This document shows positions 45,143-56,270 of a stretch of 64,000 bases of DNA, one piece after another (the stretch's first letter is position 1; each line of letters starts with the position of its first letter). Below the pieces are notes generated by a model. The model made no database searches, was not told the origin of the DNA, and saw only the letters and a program-made list of their open reading frames with translations. Source of the DNA: a bacterium (lineage in GTDB: Bacteria; Spirochaetota; Spirochaetia; Treponematales; Treponemataceae); the NCBI GenBank assembly GCA_963599585.1, contig CAVBXG010000003.1, positions 11,346-75,345 on the forward strand, in the 5' to 3' direction. Made by a program: the position numbers and the translations under genes.

Positions 45143-46504
45143 CTACAGAATATATCGGGACAAATCCTGGCTTTGGGCAATGTCCTTAAGCTTGCTGCTC
45201 ACATAATCCGCATCAATCTTGAATGTTTCGCCGGAATGTTCATCTGCCGAAAAGTTGATTTCATCAAGGACTTTCTCCATAACCGTATGAAGGCGGCGCG
45301 CCCCAATATTTTCAGCCTTGTTATTTACATCTTCCGCGATAACGCTCATGCAGTCAATCGCATCCTCTGTAATCTCAAGATTTACGTTTTCTGTTGCAAG
45401 CAGAGACTTGTACTGCATAATCAGGCTGTTTTTCGGCTCTTTTAGGATTTTCTTGAAATCATTCTTTGTAAGACTTTCAAGCTCTACGCGGAGCGGAAAA
45501 CGTCCCTGGAGCTCTGGAATCAAGTCGCTTGGAGAAGCAACACTGAACGCGCCTGCCGCGATAAAAAGAATATGTGTTGTATTGATTACGCCGAATTTTG
45601 TGCTTACATTGCTTCCCTCAACAATCGGAAGAATATCGCGCTGAACACCTTCGCGGCTGACATCCTGACCGTGGCTTTCGCCGTGGACTGCAATCTTGTC
45701 AATCTCATCAATAAAAATGATTCCGCTGTTCTCAACGCGTTCCTTTGCCCTGTCGATAACCTTGTCGTTGTCAACCATGCTGTCGAGAGTTTCCTGCGTA
45801 AGAATTTTTCGGGCTTCCTTTACAGAAACAGTGCGTCGTTTCCGGCGTCCGCCCTGAAGCATTCCGGCAAGATTCTGCATGCTGCTCTGAAGGTCATCCA
45901 GCGAGCCGCCCGCAATAATTTCCATTCCTGACATTCCGCTCTGGCGGCTTACAGTAACCTCAACCTCGCGGTCCTCAAGTTTTCCTTCGCGGAGCATCTG
46001 GCGGAATTTTTCGCGCGTTGAATTTGCGTCTTCAGCGGCAACTTCTGTTGAATTCTCAGTTTTAGGCTGATTTTTTCCTGTTCCCGGCAAAAGAAGATCG
46101 AGCAATTTTTCCTCAACAACTGAAACAGATTTTTCCTTCAGTTCCTCTTCCATTTCAGCCTTGACATCGTTCACGCCGACTGCCATAAGGTCGCGCACCA
46201 TTGACTCGACATCGCGTCCAACATAGCCGACTTCCGTGTATTTTGTAGCCTCAACCTTTAGGAAAGGCGCATTGCACAATTTTGCAAGACGACGCGCAAT
46301 CTCTGTTTTTCCGCAGCCGGTCGGTCCAATCATCAGAATATTTTTTGGAGCAACCTCGTCGCGGATTGACTCATCCAGCTTAAGTCGCCGTGTTCTGTTT
46401 CTAAGAGCAACTGCAACAGCGCGCTTTGCCTTTTCCTGTCCGATTATATATTGATCAAGTTTTTCTACAATCTGTTTTGGTGTCAGGTCAAGATTTTTTT
46501 CCAT
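45143..46504 (-). CDS. hslU: ATP-dependent protease ATPase subunit HslU
   Basis: LTPKQIVEKLDQYIIGQEKAKRAVAVALRNR, GPTGCGKTEIARRLAK and IIFIDEIDKI. Confidence 0.95.
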   Translation of the reverse strand: MEKNLDLTPKQIVEKLDQYIIGQEKAKRAVAVALRNRTRRLKLDESIRDEVAPKNILMIGPTGCGKTEIARRLAKLCNAPFLKVEATKYTEVGYVGRDVESMVRDLMAVGVNDVKAEMEEELKEKSVSVVEEKLLDLLLPGTGKNQPKTENSTEVAAEDANSTREKFRQMLREGKLEDREVEVTVSRQSGMSGMEIIAGGSLDDLQSSMQNLAGMLQGGRRKRRTVSVKEARKILTQETLDSMVDNDKVIDRAKERVENSGIIFIDEIDKIAVHGESHGQDVSREGVQRDILPIVEGSNVSTKFGVINTTHILFIAAGAFSVASPSDLIPELQGRFPLRVELESLTKNDFKKILKEPKNSLIMQYKSLLATENVNLEITEDAIDCMSVIAEDVNNKAENIGARRLHTVMEKVLDEINFSADEHSGETFKIDADYVSSKLKDIAQSQDLSRYIL

Positions 46505-46508
46505 AAGA

Positions 46509-47045
46509 TTAAAGCTCCTCTACAGTGATATTGTTGTTTGTGTAAATGCAAATATCGCCTGCGATTTTTAAAGATTTTTCAGCAATTTCGCGGGCAGAAT
46601 AACTTGAGCTTTCAAGATAAGCCAGCGCGGCAGAATAAGCGTAGTTTCCGCCTGAGCCGATTGCAAGAACGTCGTTTTCCGGCTCAATAACATTTCCATC
46701 GCCACTAATAAGAAGAATTTTATTTTTATCAGCAACAAGAAGAAGCGCCTCTAGTTTCTGGAGAGATTTTTCAGTTCTCCACATTTTTGCAAGCTCAACA
46801 GCAGCCCGTGTCAAATCACCGTTAAATTCCTTTATTTTTGTCTCAAAAAGGTCGAACAAAGTGAATGCGTCCGCAACGCTTCCTGCGAATCCTGTAAGAA
46901 TTTTTCCGTCATAAATGCGGCGGACTTTGTGCGCATTGCCTTTCATAACAGTGTTTCCGGCGGTAACCTGACCGTCACCGGCCATTGCTACATGACCGTT
47001 TCGTTTTACAGCAATAACTGTTGTACTTCTGATTTTATTTTTCAT
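46509..47045 (-). CDS. hslV: ATP-dependent protease subunit HslV
   Basis: N-terminal [22 protein letters not shown] (Thr nucleophile region). ATG 47045 is preceded by GGAG. Confidence 0.95.
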   Translation of the reverse strand: MKNKIRSTTVIAVKRNGHVAMAGDGQVTAGNTVMKGNAHKVRRIYDGKILTGFAGSVADAFTLFDLFETKIKEFNGDLTRAAVELAKMWRTEKSLQKLEALLLVADKNKILLISGDGNVIEPENDVLAIGSGGNYAYSAALAYLESSSYSAREIAEKSLKIAGDICIYTNNNITVEEL

Positions 47046-47059
47046 ATAAATCTCCAAAT

Positions 47060-47980
47060 TCAAGAATGTGGATGTGCTTTGTTATAAACATCTATCAATT
47101 TTTCCGTTGTAATATGCGTATACCGCTGTGTTGTTGAAACACTTGAATGTCCTAAAAGTTCCTGAACAATTCTGACATCCGCGCCATGCATAAGCATTGC
47201 CGTTGCGAAAGTATGCCGGAGCGCATGGGGCGAAACATGATGGTTTGTTCCCTCAAGCCCTGTATACCGCGAAAGAATCCAGCGGACGCCATGAGCCGTA
47301 AGCGGATTTCCTTTCTGGTTCACAAAAATCTCTTTCACTTCATCTTTTTTATTAAGATTACGCAAAAGATTTTCCCGGTCTTTAATGTACTTTTCAAGTG
47401 CAATCTGCGCATCACGCTCAAAATAAACTCTTCTGTCCTTCCGGCCTTTACCAGTCACAATCGCGGAACTGAAATCATCTGCCATATCAGAAAATTTCAA
47501 TCCCACAATTTCGCTTACACGGCAACCGGAAGAATACATCATCTCAAAAAGAGCCCTGTCCCTTGTTGACCAGAGCAACTCCTTTTTTTCCGGCTGCTCA
47601 CAAAGCTCGTCAATTTCCGGGCTTGTAAGAAACCGCGGCATATATTTCGGAAGCTTAACAGAAGCCAGATTTACAGACGGATTTATTCTAATATACTCAA
47701 ATTTTCTGCAATAGGCAAAAAAAGTTCGCACAGCGGCGATAAATCTGTTTATGCTGGCAGCCGCCATCTTCTGCTGGGAAAGTTTTGCAACGCAAAGGCG
47801 CAGATCCTCTGTTGTAATATCGTTAACCGGGCAATCTGCGCCAAGAACTTTTTCAAGGTGAGAAAAATCATTTTTATACGCGATAATCGAATTTTCAGAA
47901 AGTTCGCGGACAGAAGAAAGATAGATAAAAAATTCCTCGCCCGCTTCCTTTAATGAAAGAGTCTTATTCATCTTCTTCAC
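47060..47980 (-). CDS. xerC: Tyrosine recombinase XerC/CodV-type
   Basis: C-terminal catalytic region [39 protein letters not shown]. Its position upstream of hslVU matches codV in Bacillus. Confidence 0.85.
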   Translation of the reverse strand: MKKMNKTLSLKEAGEEFFIYLSSVRELSENSIIAYKNDFSHLEKVLGADCPVNDITTEDLRLCVAKLSQQKMAAASINRFIAAVRTFFAYCRKFEYIRINPSVNLASVKLPKYMPRFLTSPEIDELCEQPEKKELLWSTRDRALFEMMYSSGCRVSEIVGLKFSDMADDFSSAIVTGKGRKDRRVYFERDAQIALEKYIKDRENLLRNLNKKDEVKEIFVNQKGNPLTAHGVRWILSRYTGLEGTNHHVSPHALRHTFATAMLMHGADVRIVQELLGHSSVSTTQRYTHITTEKLIDVYNKAHPHS

Positions 47981-50090
47981 CGGCTGAATGCAGATAATCG
48001 CAGTCAGGATTTATGCAGGACTTATATGTGCCGTTTTTCTTGTCAAATTTTTCAACAAGAAACCATCCGCATTTCGGGCAATACTGGTCAATCGGCTTGA
48101 AGTGGCTGATAAAACTGCAAGACGGATAATTTGTGCAGCCATAGAATTCCTTTCCGCGGCCTTTTGTTTTTCTTGCGACAATTTCGCCATTGCAGCCCGG
48201 CATCGGACATTTTGCAAGCGGAATTGATTTTGTGTTGTGACATTCCGGGAATCCTGAGCAGGCAAGAAAATAACCGAAACGGCCGAGTTTTTTTACCATC
48301 GGTTTTCCGCACTTCTCGCAGATTTTGTCAGTCGGCTCATCAAGACTTCCTTTTATGCTCTGAACCGACTTCATCACTTCATCAACACGGTTTTTAAAAG
48401 GACCGAAAAAATCTGAAATCATATTGTTCCAGACAAGTTTATCTTCCTCAACTTTATCAAGATTTGTCTCAACTTCCGCCGTAAAATGCTCGTTGATTAC
48501 ATCCGGGAACGATTCCACAAGAATTCTGCATATAATGCGGCCAAGCTGAGTCGGAACAAGCTGCTTGTTGCTTCTTGTAACGTAATAGCGGTCAAGAAGA
48601 ACTGAAATTATCGGCGCGTACGTTGAAGGGCGACCTATTCCCTTTTCCTCAAGAGTGCGGACAATGGAAGCGTCCGTATAGCGCGCAGGACCTTGAGTAA
48701 AATGCTGCTCCGGATAAAATTTATCGGATTTCAGGATTTCATCAACTTTTAAAGACGGAAGAGTTCCTGTCTTTTCTTCTTTTGAGGAAAGAAGTTTTAT
48801 CACCTTGTAAAAACCTTTTTCTGTGATTTTTGACGCGCTCACGCGGAACAAGGCATCTCCGGCGGTGATTTCCGCAGAAGTTGTGGTTGTCTTCGCATTC
48901 TTCATCTGGCTGGAAACAAAACGTTCCCAGATTATAGTGTAAAGCCTAAGCTGATCGCGCGTAAGATATTCCTTTACGGAATCCGGCGTGTATTCAACAT
49001 AAGTCGGGCGGATACCTTCATGTGCATCCTGGGCACTTTTTCCAACCGCATAATGGATCGGCTTCTCAGGAAGTTCATCCGCAAAATTCTTTGCAAGCCA
49101 GCCGCGCACATCATCAAGAGCTGTCTGGGAAATACGCACAGAGTCTGTTCGCATATAAGTTATAAGACCGACACGGTTCTGCCCGATATTTATTCCTTCG
49201 TAGAGCTGCTGCGCAATCTGCATTGTCTTTTTAGAAGTAAAACCTAGCCGGTTCGCCGCTTCCTGCTGCATTTTTGAAGTAGTGAAAGGAGCTTTTGGGC
49301 GCACAGTTTTCTCGGACTGCTTTATGTTCGCAACCTTACATTCAGAATTCTGAATTTCCGCGATAATTTCATTTACAGCTTTTTCATTTTTCAGCTCAGG
49401 ATTTTCACCTTTATATTTCACAAGGCGAGCCGTAAATTTTGTTTTTCCTTTTACAAAATCAGCATCCAAAGTCCAGTATTCTTCAGGAATAAAATCCTCA
49501 ACTTCATTTTCGCGCTCGCAGATAAGTCTTAGCGCAACAGACTGAACTCGTCCTGCGGAAAGCCCGTTCTTCACCTTTGCCCACAAGATAGGACTAAGAT
49601 TGTAACCGACAAGACGGTCAAGGACACGGCGCGCTTTCTGGGCATTGACTTTTGACTCAACAATTTCACCAGGATTCTGGACCGCATCTTTTATGGCGAC
49701 TGGAGTAATCTCGTTAAAGACAATTCTGTTGATTTTCGCTTCTGTCTTGTCTTTCAATGCGTTGTTCAAATGCCAGGCAATCGCCTCTCCCTCGCGGTCG
49801 TTATCGGAAGCAAGCAGAACTGCATCTGATTTTTTCGCATCTTTCTGAAGTTCCTTTAAAAGCTTTGCGCGTCCCCGGACAGTAATATATTCCGGCTGAA
49901 AACCATGTTCCACATCAATTGCAAGCCGCGATTTTGGCAAATCAATAAGATGCCCCATAGATGCCTTAACCGTATAGCCAGGTCCAAGATATTTTTCAAT
50001 AGTATGAGCCTTAGCCGGAGACTCCACAATAACAAGAGTCTGCGTTTTTTTTGCTTTAGATTTCTTTGATGTAGATTTTTTTTCAGCCAT
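47964..50090 (-). CDS. topA: DNA topoisomerase I
   Basis: Toprim start LVIVESPAKAHTIEKYLG, catalytic region ITYMRTDS and multiple C-terminal zinc ribbons (CEKCGKPM..., CPMPGCNG..., CPKCGWFL...). Confidence 0.95.
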   Translation of the reverse strand: MAEKKSTSKKSKAKKTQTLVIVESPAKAHTIEKYLGPGYTVKASMGHLIDLPKSRLAIDVEHGFQPEYITVRGRAKLLKELQKDAKKSDAVLLASDNDREGEAIAWHLNNALKDKTEAKINRIVFNEITPVAIKDAVQNPGEIVESKVNAQKARRVLDRLVGYNLSPILWAKVKNGLSAGRVQSVALRLICERENEVEDFIPEEYWTLDADFVKGKTKFTARLVKYKGENPELKNEKAVNEIIAEIQNSECKVANIKQSEKTVRPKAPFTTSKMQQEAANRLGFTSKKTMQIAQQLYEGINIGQNRVGLITYMRTDSVRISQTALDDVRGWLAKNFADELPEKPIHYAVGKSAQDAHEGIRPTYVEYTPDSVKEYLTRDQLRLYTIIWERFVSSQMKNAKTTTTSAEITAGDALFRVSASKITEKGFYKVIKLLSSKEEKTGTLPSLKVDEILKSDKFYPEQHFTQGPARYTDASIVRTLEEKGIGRPSTYAPIISVLLDRYYVTRSNKQLVPTQLGRIICRILVESFPDVINEHFTAEVETNLDKVEEDKLVWNNMISDFFGPFKNRVDEVMKSVQSIKGSLDEPTDKICEKCGKPMVKKLGRFGYFLACSGFPECHNTKSIPLAKCPMPGCNGEIVARKTKGRGKEFYGCTNYPSCSFISHFKPIDQYCPKCGWFLVEKFDKKNGTYKSCINPDCDYLHSAGEEDE

Positions 50091-50123
50091 AAAATCCTCA
50101 CAATGATGTATTTTGCAACGGAA

Positions 50124-51161
50124 CTAAATCAGTTCAAGCTGCATATTTTTTCCGTCTGCATATCTGCGCATACCCGGCATTTCTGCCATGCACTTGCAGA
50201 AATCCTGATAATTTTCTATCACAGGTGCTCCTGCCTCAAGATATTTCTCAGGTGTATTTTCAAGTTTTGTTCTGCTCGCTTTTCCCAAAGCAAAACGGGC
50301 TTGCAGTTCCGACTCTGTGTAGTTCCTGACAACCTCAGCATTTTCTGAAAAAGCCGCTTTATGGAACATAACATCGCGTCCACATTCAAGCGCAAAATCA
50401 GCAGTTATCAATGAACCGCTTCCGCTCGGAGCCTGAACAACCACAGTTGCCGGCGACAAAGCCGCAATTATCCTGTTCCGCTGCACAAAACGCCATCGTT
50501 CCGCAGGAACTCCAGGAACATACTCGCTGACAATAACTCCACCCGACCTTAAAATATTTTCGGCAAGTTTTCTGTTTGCATAAGGCACAATCGTGTCAAT
50601 GCCACAAGGAAGAACCGCACAAGTTTTTCCGAGCAAAGAAGGATTTTCCGCCTCAAGATTCGCCTCAACCGCACCAGTATGAGCGGCAGAATCAACTCCG
50701 CAGGCAAGCCCACTTACAACAGTAACACCGTCTTTTGCGGCATCTTTTGCAAATTGAATGGCAGCTTTTTTAGCTTCCGGCGCAATCCGTCTTGTTCCCA
50801 CAACAGAAACAGTTTTTCCAGAAAGACACGAAATATCTCCAATGCAGAACAAGGCAAACGGAGCATTCACAGTTTCCCTAAGAAGCGCAGGATATTCAGA
50901 AGAAGTGTAAAGCACCGTCCGAATATTTTTCGCGCGAAGAATCGCCTCCTCTTTTTTTGCCGCCCGAAGATTTTCCGCGCCATCCCAAATTGCTTTTTTC
51001 AAAGACCTTCCGCAAATTCCAGATAAGTCTGTTAAAGACAGTAATGCAAGGTCATTAAAACTGTCAAGTTTTTTCAATAAATTTAGTTTTTCTGCCAAAG
51101 AAAGAAAGGTAATTCTTGCCAGAGAAATCATTAAAAGCTGATTTTTCTGATTAAGCTCCAT
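50124..51161 (-). CDS. dprA: DNA-processing protein DprA (Smf)
   Basis: Rossmann-like core VSVVGTRRIAPEAKKAA...VVSGLACGVDSAAH...SGSLITADFALECGRDV. The start is uncertain (51161, 51131 or 51266). Confidence 0.85.
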   Translation of the reverse strand: MELNQKNQLLMISLARITFLSLAEKLNLLKKLDSFNDLALLSLTDLSGICGRSLKKAIWDGAENLRAAKKEEAILRAKNIRTVLYTSSEYPALLRETVNAPFALFCIGDISCLSGKTVSVVGTRRIAPEAKKAAIQFAKDAAKDGVTVVSGLACGVDSAAHTGAVEANLEAENPSLLGKTCAVLPCGIDTIVPYANRKLAENILRSGGVIVSEYVPGVPAERWRFVQRNRIIAALSPATVVVQAPSGSGSLITADFALECGRDVMFHKAAFSENAEVVRNYTESELQARFALGKASRTKLENTPEKYLEAGAPVIENYQDFCKCMAEMPGMRRYADGKNMQLELI

Positions 51162-51894
51162 AAATTGCGTCAAGCACCACCTTTTTTTTAGATTCAGCGT
51201 CTGCCTTCCGTTCAGCAGATTTTGTGATTGAAATGATTTTATCGTACATTTCAGCGGCTTTTTCAAATTCTGAAGTCATATAATACGCGCTGGCAAGAAC
51301 CATCATTCCATCAGTGTCGCGTTTTTCAATGTCAACATAACGTTCAAGATATTTTACAGCCTGCTCGCCGTCATCCAGATCGTAGACATAAAGAACTCCA
51401 AGCGAATAAAGAGCCTTTGAGTAACGTTCGTCAATTTTTATAGCCTGCTTGAATGCGCTTTCTGAAAGCCTAAGATAATTCATTTTTGACTCAGTTTCTC
51501 CGCGGCCATTAAAATCCAGCGCGGAATGGCTTACAAATGCGGCAGAAACTCCGACATAATAATAAAGATTCGGGTTTTCCGGGTAGAATTCCAGTGCCTT
51601 CTGAAAACTTTCCAGCGCTTTTCCGTACATTTTCTTGTCAAGATAACGAGTTCCAAGAATTTTGTACCAGATTCCGATTTTCGCATTTTTTTCAACAAGT
51701 TCTTTTGCCTCGGAATCGTATTTTTCAATGCCTTTTTTTATTTCCTCAATATTTCCGGGATTTCCAGAATATTTTTCCATATTCTGAAGGCGTTTTTGAA
51801 GCAAAGCCTTGTTTGAATAATTACAGCCGCAAAAAACCGCCGAAAAAATCAGTGCTGAACAGACCAGCCGCAAGAAAACAACATTTTTTTTCAT
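51151..51894 (-). CDS. TPR-repeat lipoprotein
   Basis: Lipobox-like SAVFCGC, then tandem TPR-like helices (KYGKALESFQKALEFYPEN, YSKALYSLGVLYVY, FEKAAEMYDKIISI). Confidence 0.6.
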   Translation of the reverse strand: MKKNVVFLRLVCSALIFSAVFCGCNYSNKALLQKRLQNMEKYSGNPGNIEEIKKGIEKYDSEAKELVEKNAKIGIWYKILGTRYLDKKMYGKALESFQKALEFYPENPNLYYYVGVSAAFVSHSALDFNGRGETESKMNYLRLSESAFKQAIKIDERYSKALYSLGVLYVYDLDDGEQAVKYLERYVDIEKRDTDGMMVLASAYYMTSEFEKAAEMYDKIISITKSAERKADAESKKKVVLDAIYGA

Positions 51895-52814
51895 TTTTCC
51901 TCCGTGGATTCTTTATGATGACCGGGAAAGTACTTCTGATGATATGACGAAAGTTCTTTATCGTCAACATGCGTATAAATCTGTGTAGTAGCAAGGTCTG
52001 AATGTCCCAAAAGTTCCTGCACAGAACGCAAGTCCGCGCCGCCGGCAAGAAGATGGGTCGCAAACGAATGTCGCAGTGTGTGAACTTTCGCGTCAACACC
52101 GGCAAGAATATTCAGCTCCTTGAATTTTTTCCAGACGCCTTTTCTGGAAATCGGCTCGCCGCGGTAATTCACAAAAACTTCTGGAACTATTTTGCTTCCA
52201 ACAAGCTCAGGGCGCGCCTCAAAAAGATATTTCTCCAGCTTTTCTTTTGCAGTTTCCCCGAACGGCACAATCCGCTCCTTGTCGCCTTTTCCGTGGACTA
52301 GAATAAGATGTTCATTCAAGTGAAGATTTTCCATAAGAAGTCCGCACGCCTCGCTGATTCTAAGCCCGCACGAATAAATAAGCTCAAAAAGCGCGCTGTC
52401 ACGTTTTCCGACTTTTGTTGAATCATCAATCGCGGAAAGAATTTTTTCAACCTGCTGAACAGAAAGAACACGCGGCAATGTGCGGGAAGCCTTCGGACGT
52501 TCTATTAAAAGCGCAAGGTTTTCAGGCCAAATTCCCATCCGCTCAACATAACTTCCAAAAGCCCGCAACGAGGAAATGTCTTTTGAAAGAGTAAGAGGCG
52601 CATGATCTGTAGTTTTTCGCCACGCAAGAAAATACACAAGATTCTGTACGGTAACGTCTGCAAGTTTTATCTTGTTTGTTTGAAGCCAATGCAAGAAAAT
52701 TTCAGCTTCGTAGCGATATGTTTCCGCAGATTCTTTTGACAAGCGTTCCACAAGAAGCAAATCAGTATGGAATCTTGCCAAAAAATTCTGTAGTTTTTCC
52801 TCAGATGAATCCAA
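51891..52814 (-). CDS. xerD: Tyrosine recombinase XerD-type
   Basis: [39 protein letters not shown]. It starts directly after the ftsZ stop. Confidence 0.85.
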   Translation of the reverse strand: MDSSEEKLQNFLARFHTDLLLVERLSKESAETYRYEAEIFLHWLQTNKIKLADVTVQNLVYFLAWRKTTDHAPLTLSKDISSLRAFGSYVERMGIWPENLALLIERPKASRTLPRVLSVQQVEKILSAIDDSTKVGKRDSALFELIYSCGLRISEACGLLMENLHLNEHLILVHGKGDKERIVPFGETAKEKLEKYLFEARPELVGSKIVPEVFVNYRGEPISRKGVWKKFKELNILAGVDAKVHTLRHSFATHLLAGGADLRSVQELLGHSDLATTQIYTHVDDKELSSYHQKYFPGHHKESTEEK

Positions 52815-54122
52815 TTATTTTCGTTTTAGATTAATTGTTCTGTTTCTTAAATATGCAGGAACAAAAAGATCATCTGATTTTGAAGCCGGATGCTGTTCAA
52901 CATTGCCAGAGCGACCTCCAACTGGCTTAAAAGTTCCCATGGCGCTTGCCGGAACAGAATTTATAGTTTCATCTTTTTTCTCATAAGATTCAAAAAGACT
53001 TGGAGAATCTGTGTATGCAGCAGAAGAAGCATTTCCGCCAAGAAGACTTGTAAATTCATCTGTGGAAATAACATTTGAATCCACCGGGGAATTTTCCACC
53101 TGCGGCTCAGAAATTTCTTCCGCCTCAACTCCAGGAATCGCAGAATTATTAAAACCTGTGGCAATAACTGTAACACTGATTGCGTCGCCCAGCTCATCGT
53201 CTGGAACAATTCCGTCCTTCAAGCTATAGTTCGGGCTTGCAGAAGCGCACACAATGTTTGAAATCTCATCCAGCTCTTTCTGGCTGAAATTGCTCGAAGC
53301 CCTTACCTGGATAACAAAATGCTTTGCGCCGTCAAAACTGAAATCTTCCAGCAACGGATTATTTATCGCCTTTGAAGCGGCTTCTACTGCACGGTTCTCG
53401 CCGCTTGCCTCGCCAATTCCAAAAATCGCGGCTCCCTGACCTTTCATCGCAGATTTTACATCAGCAAAGTCAATGTTAGGATAGCTGTAATCTGTGATTA
53501 TGCGCGACATTCCCTCAATTCCCTGGCGAAGAACGTCATCCGCAAGTCTGTACTGCTCGATATAAGAAATATTTTCGCCAAAAACCTTTACAATTTTTTC
53601 GTTAGGAATAACAATCACTGAATCAACCGCTTCCTGAAGGCGTTTAATTCCTTCCGTGGCAAGCTGCATTCGCTGTTTTCCTTCACGTGCAAAAGGAGTT
53701 GTAACAACACCGATTGTCAGAGCACCCATTTCCTTTGCGATTGAGGCAACAACCGGGGCTGAACCAGTTCCTGTTCCACCACCCATTCCGGCAGTAACAA
53801 AAACCATGTTCGCACCTTTCAAGATATTCGAGATTTTATCTTTGTCTTCCTGGGCAGCTTTTTCGCCGATTTCCGGGTCTCCGCCGGCACCAAGTCCCTG
53901 TGTAAGTTTCTGACCGATTGCAAGTCGTGTGGCCGCTTTTGAACGTCCAAGAGCCTGCTTATCTGTGTTCAAGGCAATAAATTCAACACCTTTTATATTT
54001 GCCTCAATCATGCGGTTTACAGCGTTTGAACCGCCTCCGCCGCAACCAATAACCTTGATTATTGTTGGGGAAACGTCTGACAAATCAGAACCTTCACCAT
54101 TAACAACTTCTACTTCCATCAT
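52815..54122 (-). CDS. ftsZ: Cell division GTPase FtsZ
   Basis: [17 protein letters not shown] and tubulin signature [16 protein letters not shown]. Confidence 0.97.
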   Translation of the reverse strand: MMEVEVVNGEGSDLSDVSPTIIKVIGCGGGGSNAVNRMIEANIKGVEFIALNTDKQALGRSKAATRLAIGQKLTQGLGAGGDPEIGEKAAQEDKDKISNILKGANMVFVTAGMGGGTGTGSAPVVASIAKEMGALTIGVVTTPFAREGKQRMQLATEGIKRLQEAVDSVIVIPNEKIVKVFGENISYIEQYRLADDVLRQGIEGMSRIITDYSYPNIDFADVKSAMKGQGAAIFGIGEASGENRAVEAASKAINNPLLEDFSFDGAKHFVIQVRASSNFSQKELDEISNIVCASASPNYSLKDGIVPDDELGDAISVTVIATGFNNSAIPGVEAEEISEPQVENSPVDSNVISTDEFTSLLGGNASSAAYTDSPSLFESYEKKDETINSVPASAMGTFKPVGGRSGNVEQHPASKSDDLFVPAYLRNRTINLKRK

Positions 54123-54143
54123 AAATTCCTCCCAACCCCACTT

Positions 54144-55391
54144 TTAGAATAAAGATTTTAGTATTTTTATAAATTTATTTTCCGATTTATTTTTTTCTTT
54201 GTTAAGTTTCAGCATCTTTTTTGTTTTTCTGTCCGGATGCTGTGAAATCTGCTCGTTGCAGAATTTTACAAGTCCGATTACAGTTGCCCACTCAGGACCG
54301 TCGTAATCTTCCTCAATTCCGCCAAGTTTTTCTGGAAAACCGATTCTTACAGCCGATGTCTCAAAAACTTCCTGCGCAATCTCAATAATTCCATCAAGAT
54401 TTGCGCCGCCACCAGTAAGAATTATGTTTCCGCTAAGCTGAACAACGCTTGTCATATCAATAATCTTGTTCAGGACCATATTGAAAATCTCGCGGATGCG
54501 CGCGGAAATTATGTCGCAGATTTCAGACTGGCTTACCTCGCGCGGAGGCTGCCCGCCGATTCCATTTATAATCACTGTTCTGGAAGGATCAACATTATCC
54601 GCCCAGCAGCAGCCTGCTTCAAGCTTGATTCTTTCCGCCTCGGCAACATTTATTCCTTCAACAATCGCAATGTCATTTGTAACAAGATTTCCGCCAACAG
54701 GAATAGAAGCCGTGCAAACCGGCGCGCCGTTAACAAGAACAAAAAAATCTGTTGTACCTGCGCCCAAATCAACCAGAATTGAGCCAAGCTCCATCTCATC
54801 TTCTGTGGCAACAGACTGCGCAGAAGCCAGTGTTTTCAGGATAACTCCGTCCATCTCGTAGCCTGCGCGGTTAATGCATTTCTGGATATTTTGAATCGTA
54901 GTTTTTGAAGCGGTAACAATATGAACAGAAGATTCAAGGCATACACCAAGCCTGTGCATCGGGTCTTTTATTCCGCTTACGTGGTCAACTGTATAATCCT
55001 GGGTGATTACGTGCAGCATTTCGCGGTCCAAAGAAATCTGAACTGCCTGGGCGCAATCCCGGACGCGCTGAATATCATCCTGCGAAATTTCGCGCGAAGA
55101 TTTTCCTTTTGTTGAAACAGCAACTTTTCCTGTTGAATTTATTCCTTCAATCTGCTCGCCGCCAATCGCGGTAAAACAAGAATGTACATCAACACCGGCA
55201 TTCTGCTCCGCTTCTTCTATGGCTGTACGGATTGCGCTGGAAGCAGCCTCAATGTTTACAATATTTCCATTCCGCAGTCCTGCTGATTTTTCACAGGAAG
55301 TTCCCGCAATTTTGAGTTTTTTAGTTTCTTCGTCTATTTCACCGATTGCAACTCTTATGTTGCTGGTTCCAATATCAAGGCCAACTATCAT
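54144..55391 (-). CDS. ftsA: Cell division protein FtsA
   Basis: Actin-like ATPase motifs MIVGLDIGTSNIRVA, LVDLGAGTTD and ILTGGGANLDGI. Confidence 0.95.
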   Translation of the reverse strand: MIVGLDIGTSNIRVAIGEIDEETKKLKIAGTSCEKSAGLRNGNIVNIEAASSAIRTAIEEAEQNAGVDVHSCFTAIGGEQIEGINSTGKVAVSTKGKSSREISQDDIQRVRDCAQAVQISLDREMLHVITQDYTVDHVSGIKDPMHRLGVCLESSVHIVTASKTTIQNIQKCINRAGYEMDGVILKTLASAQSVATEDEMELGSILVDLGAGTTDFFVLVNGAPVCTASIPVGGNLVTNDIAIVEGINVAEAERIKLEAGCCWADNVDPSRTVIINGIGGQPPREVSQSEICDIISARIREIFNMVLNKIIDMTSVVQLSGNIILTGGGANLDGIIEIAQEVFETSAVRIGFPEKLGGIEEDYDGPEWATVIGLVKFCNEQISQHPDRKTKKMLKLNKEKNKSENKFIKILKSLF

Positions 55392-55412
55392 CTGCTCTAA
55401 TCCACCCGTTTG

Positions 55413-56270
55413 TCAACGTTTTCTATATGAAACAGCACCGTAACGCAAATCGATTTCAGCGACATTTGAATCAATAGAATTGACAACATCCAATGCTACC
55501 ATCATATACTTTAACGCCTCTTCATTCAATGTTCGGTCAGTAAGAACTTTGATTTTAGAGCCTTCAGGAATAAGCATAAGCTCGTAGTTTCCATATTCTT
55601 TCGGAATAACACAGATTTCTGAGATTGCGGCAAAATATTTTTGTCCCATCTGACGAATCGCGGAAATCTGCTCAATAAGAGTTCTGTATTTCTGGGGAAT
55701 TCTCATTCCTTCTGTCAAATGCTCAACAGGAAGCCCGGAGACAATCGGAACTGTTGAAATATCAACAGAATCAAGCGAATGTTCCGGGAAAAGAACTCCA
55801 GTCTTGTCAATCTGCACCGCAAGGCTTCTGCCATTCTGGTTTATAAAAGTCATTGCGACCGGCTGGCGTTCAAATACGTTGATATAAATTTTGTCCGGAA
55901 AAACTTTTCGCACTGTAACAGAATCAATTCCGCTTGCAGAAGAAATTATCGAGGCGGCGGAATCCACGTTAAAGCCAAACCAGTTTCTTGCGTTCATCGG
56001 GCGAAGCATCTCCACAATTTCAGTTGAACTGTAATTCATGTTTCCGTCAACAGAAACTTTCGGATAATTAAGGCATGGGCGGATAAAATTGTAAAATCCA
56101 AACTCCAGAATTCCAAAGACAACAAGAATCGCCATGATTATTTTTATCGCCTTTACAGTCTTATCTTCCGGCTTTTTTGAATTTGCACGGAAAGTCCCTT
56201 CCGAAAACGAGAAATCTTCCTTTTCATCTTCCGAATCGAACAAAATACTAATATCACTCATACACATCAA
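55413..56270 (-). CDS. ftsQ: Cell division protein FtsQ/DivIB (single TM plus POTRA)
   Basis: One TM helix (IKIIMAILVVFGILEFGFY) followed by a POTRA-like segment. It lies between ftsW and ftsA. Confidence 0.7.
   Translation of the reverse strand: MMCMSDISILFDSEDEKEDFSFSEGTFRANSKKPEDKTVKAIKIIMAILVVFGILEFGFYNFIRPCLNYPKVSVDGNMNYSSTEIVEMLRPMNARNWFGFNVDSAASIISSASGIDSVTVRKVFPDKIYINVFERQPVAMTFINQNGRSLAVQIDKTGVLFPEHSLDSVDISTVPIVSGLPVEHLTEGMRIPQKYRTLIEQISAIRQMGQKYFAAISEICVIPKEYGNYELMLIPEGSKIKVLTDRTLNEEALKYMMVALDVVNSIDSNVAEIDLRYGAVSYRKR

Noticed and set aside
47060-52814. Two tyrosine recombinase genes as possible markers of an integrated mobile element or prophage
   Set aside because: Both have XerC/XerD-type catalytic tails and sit in a conserved housekeeping context (ftsZ…dprA-topA…hslVU). 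There are no flanking repeats, phage, transposase or cargo genes.
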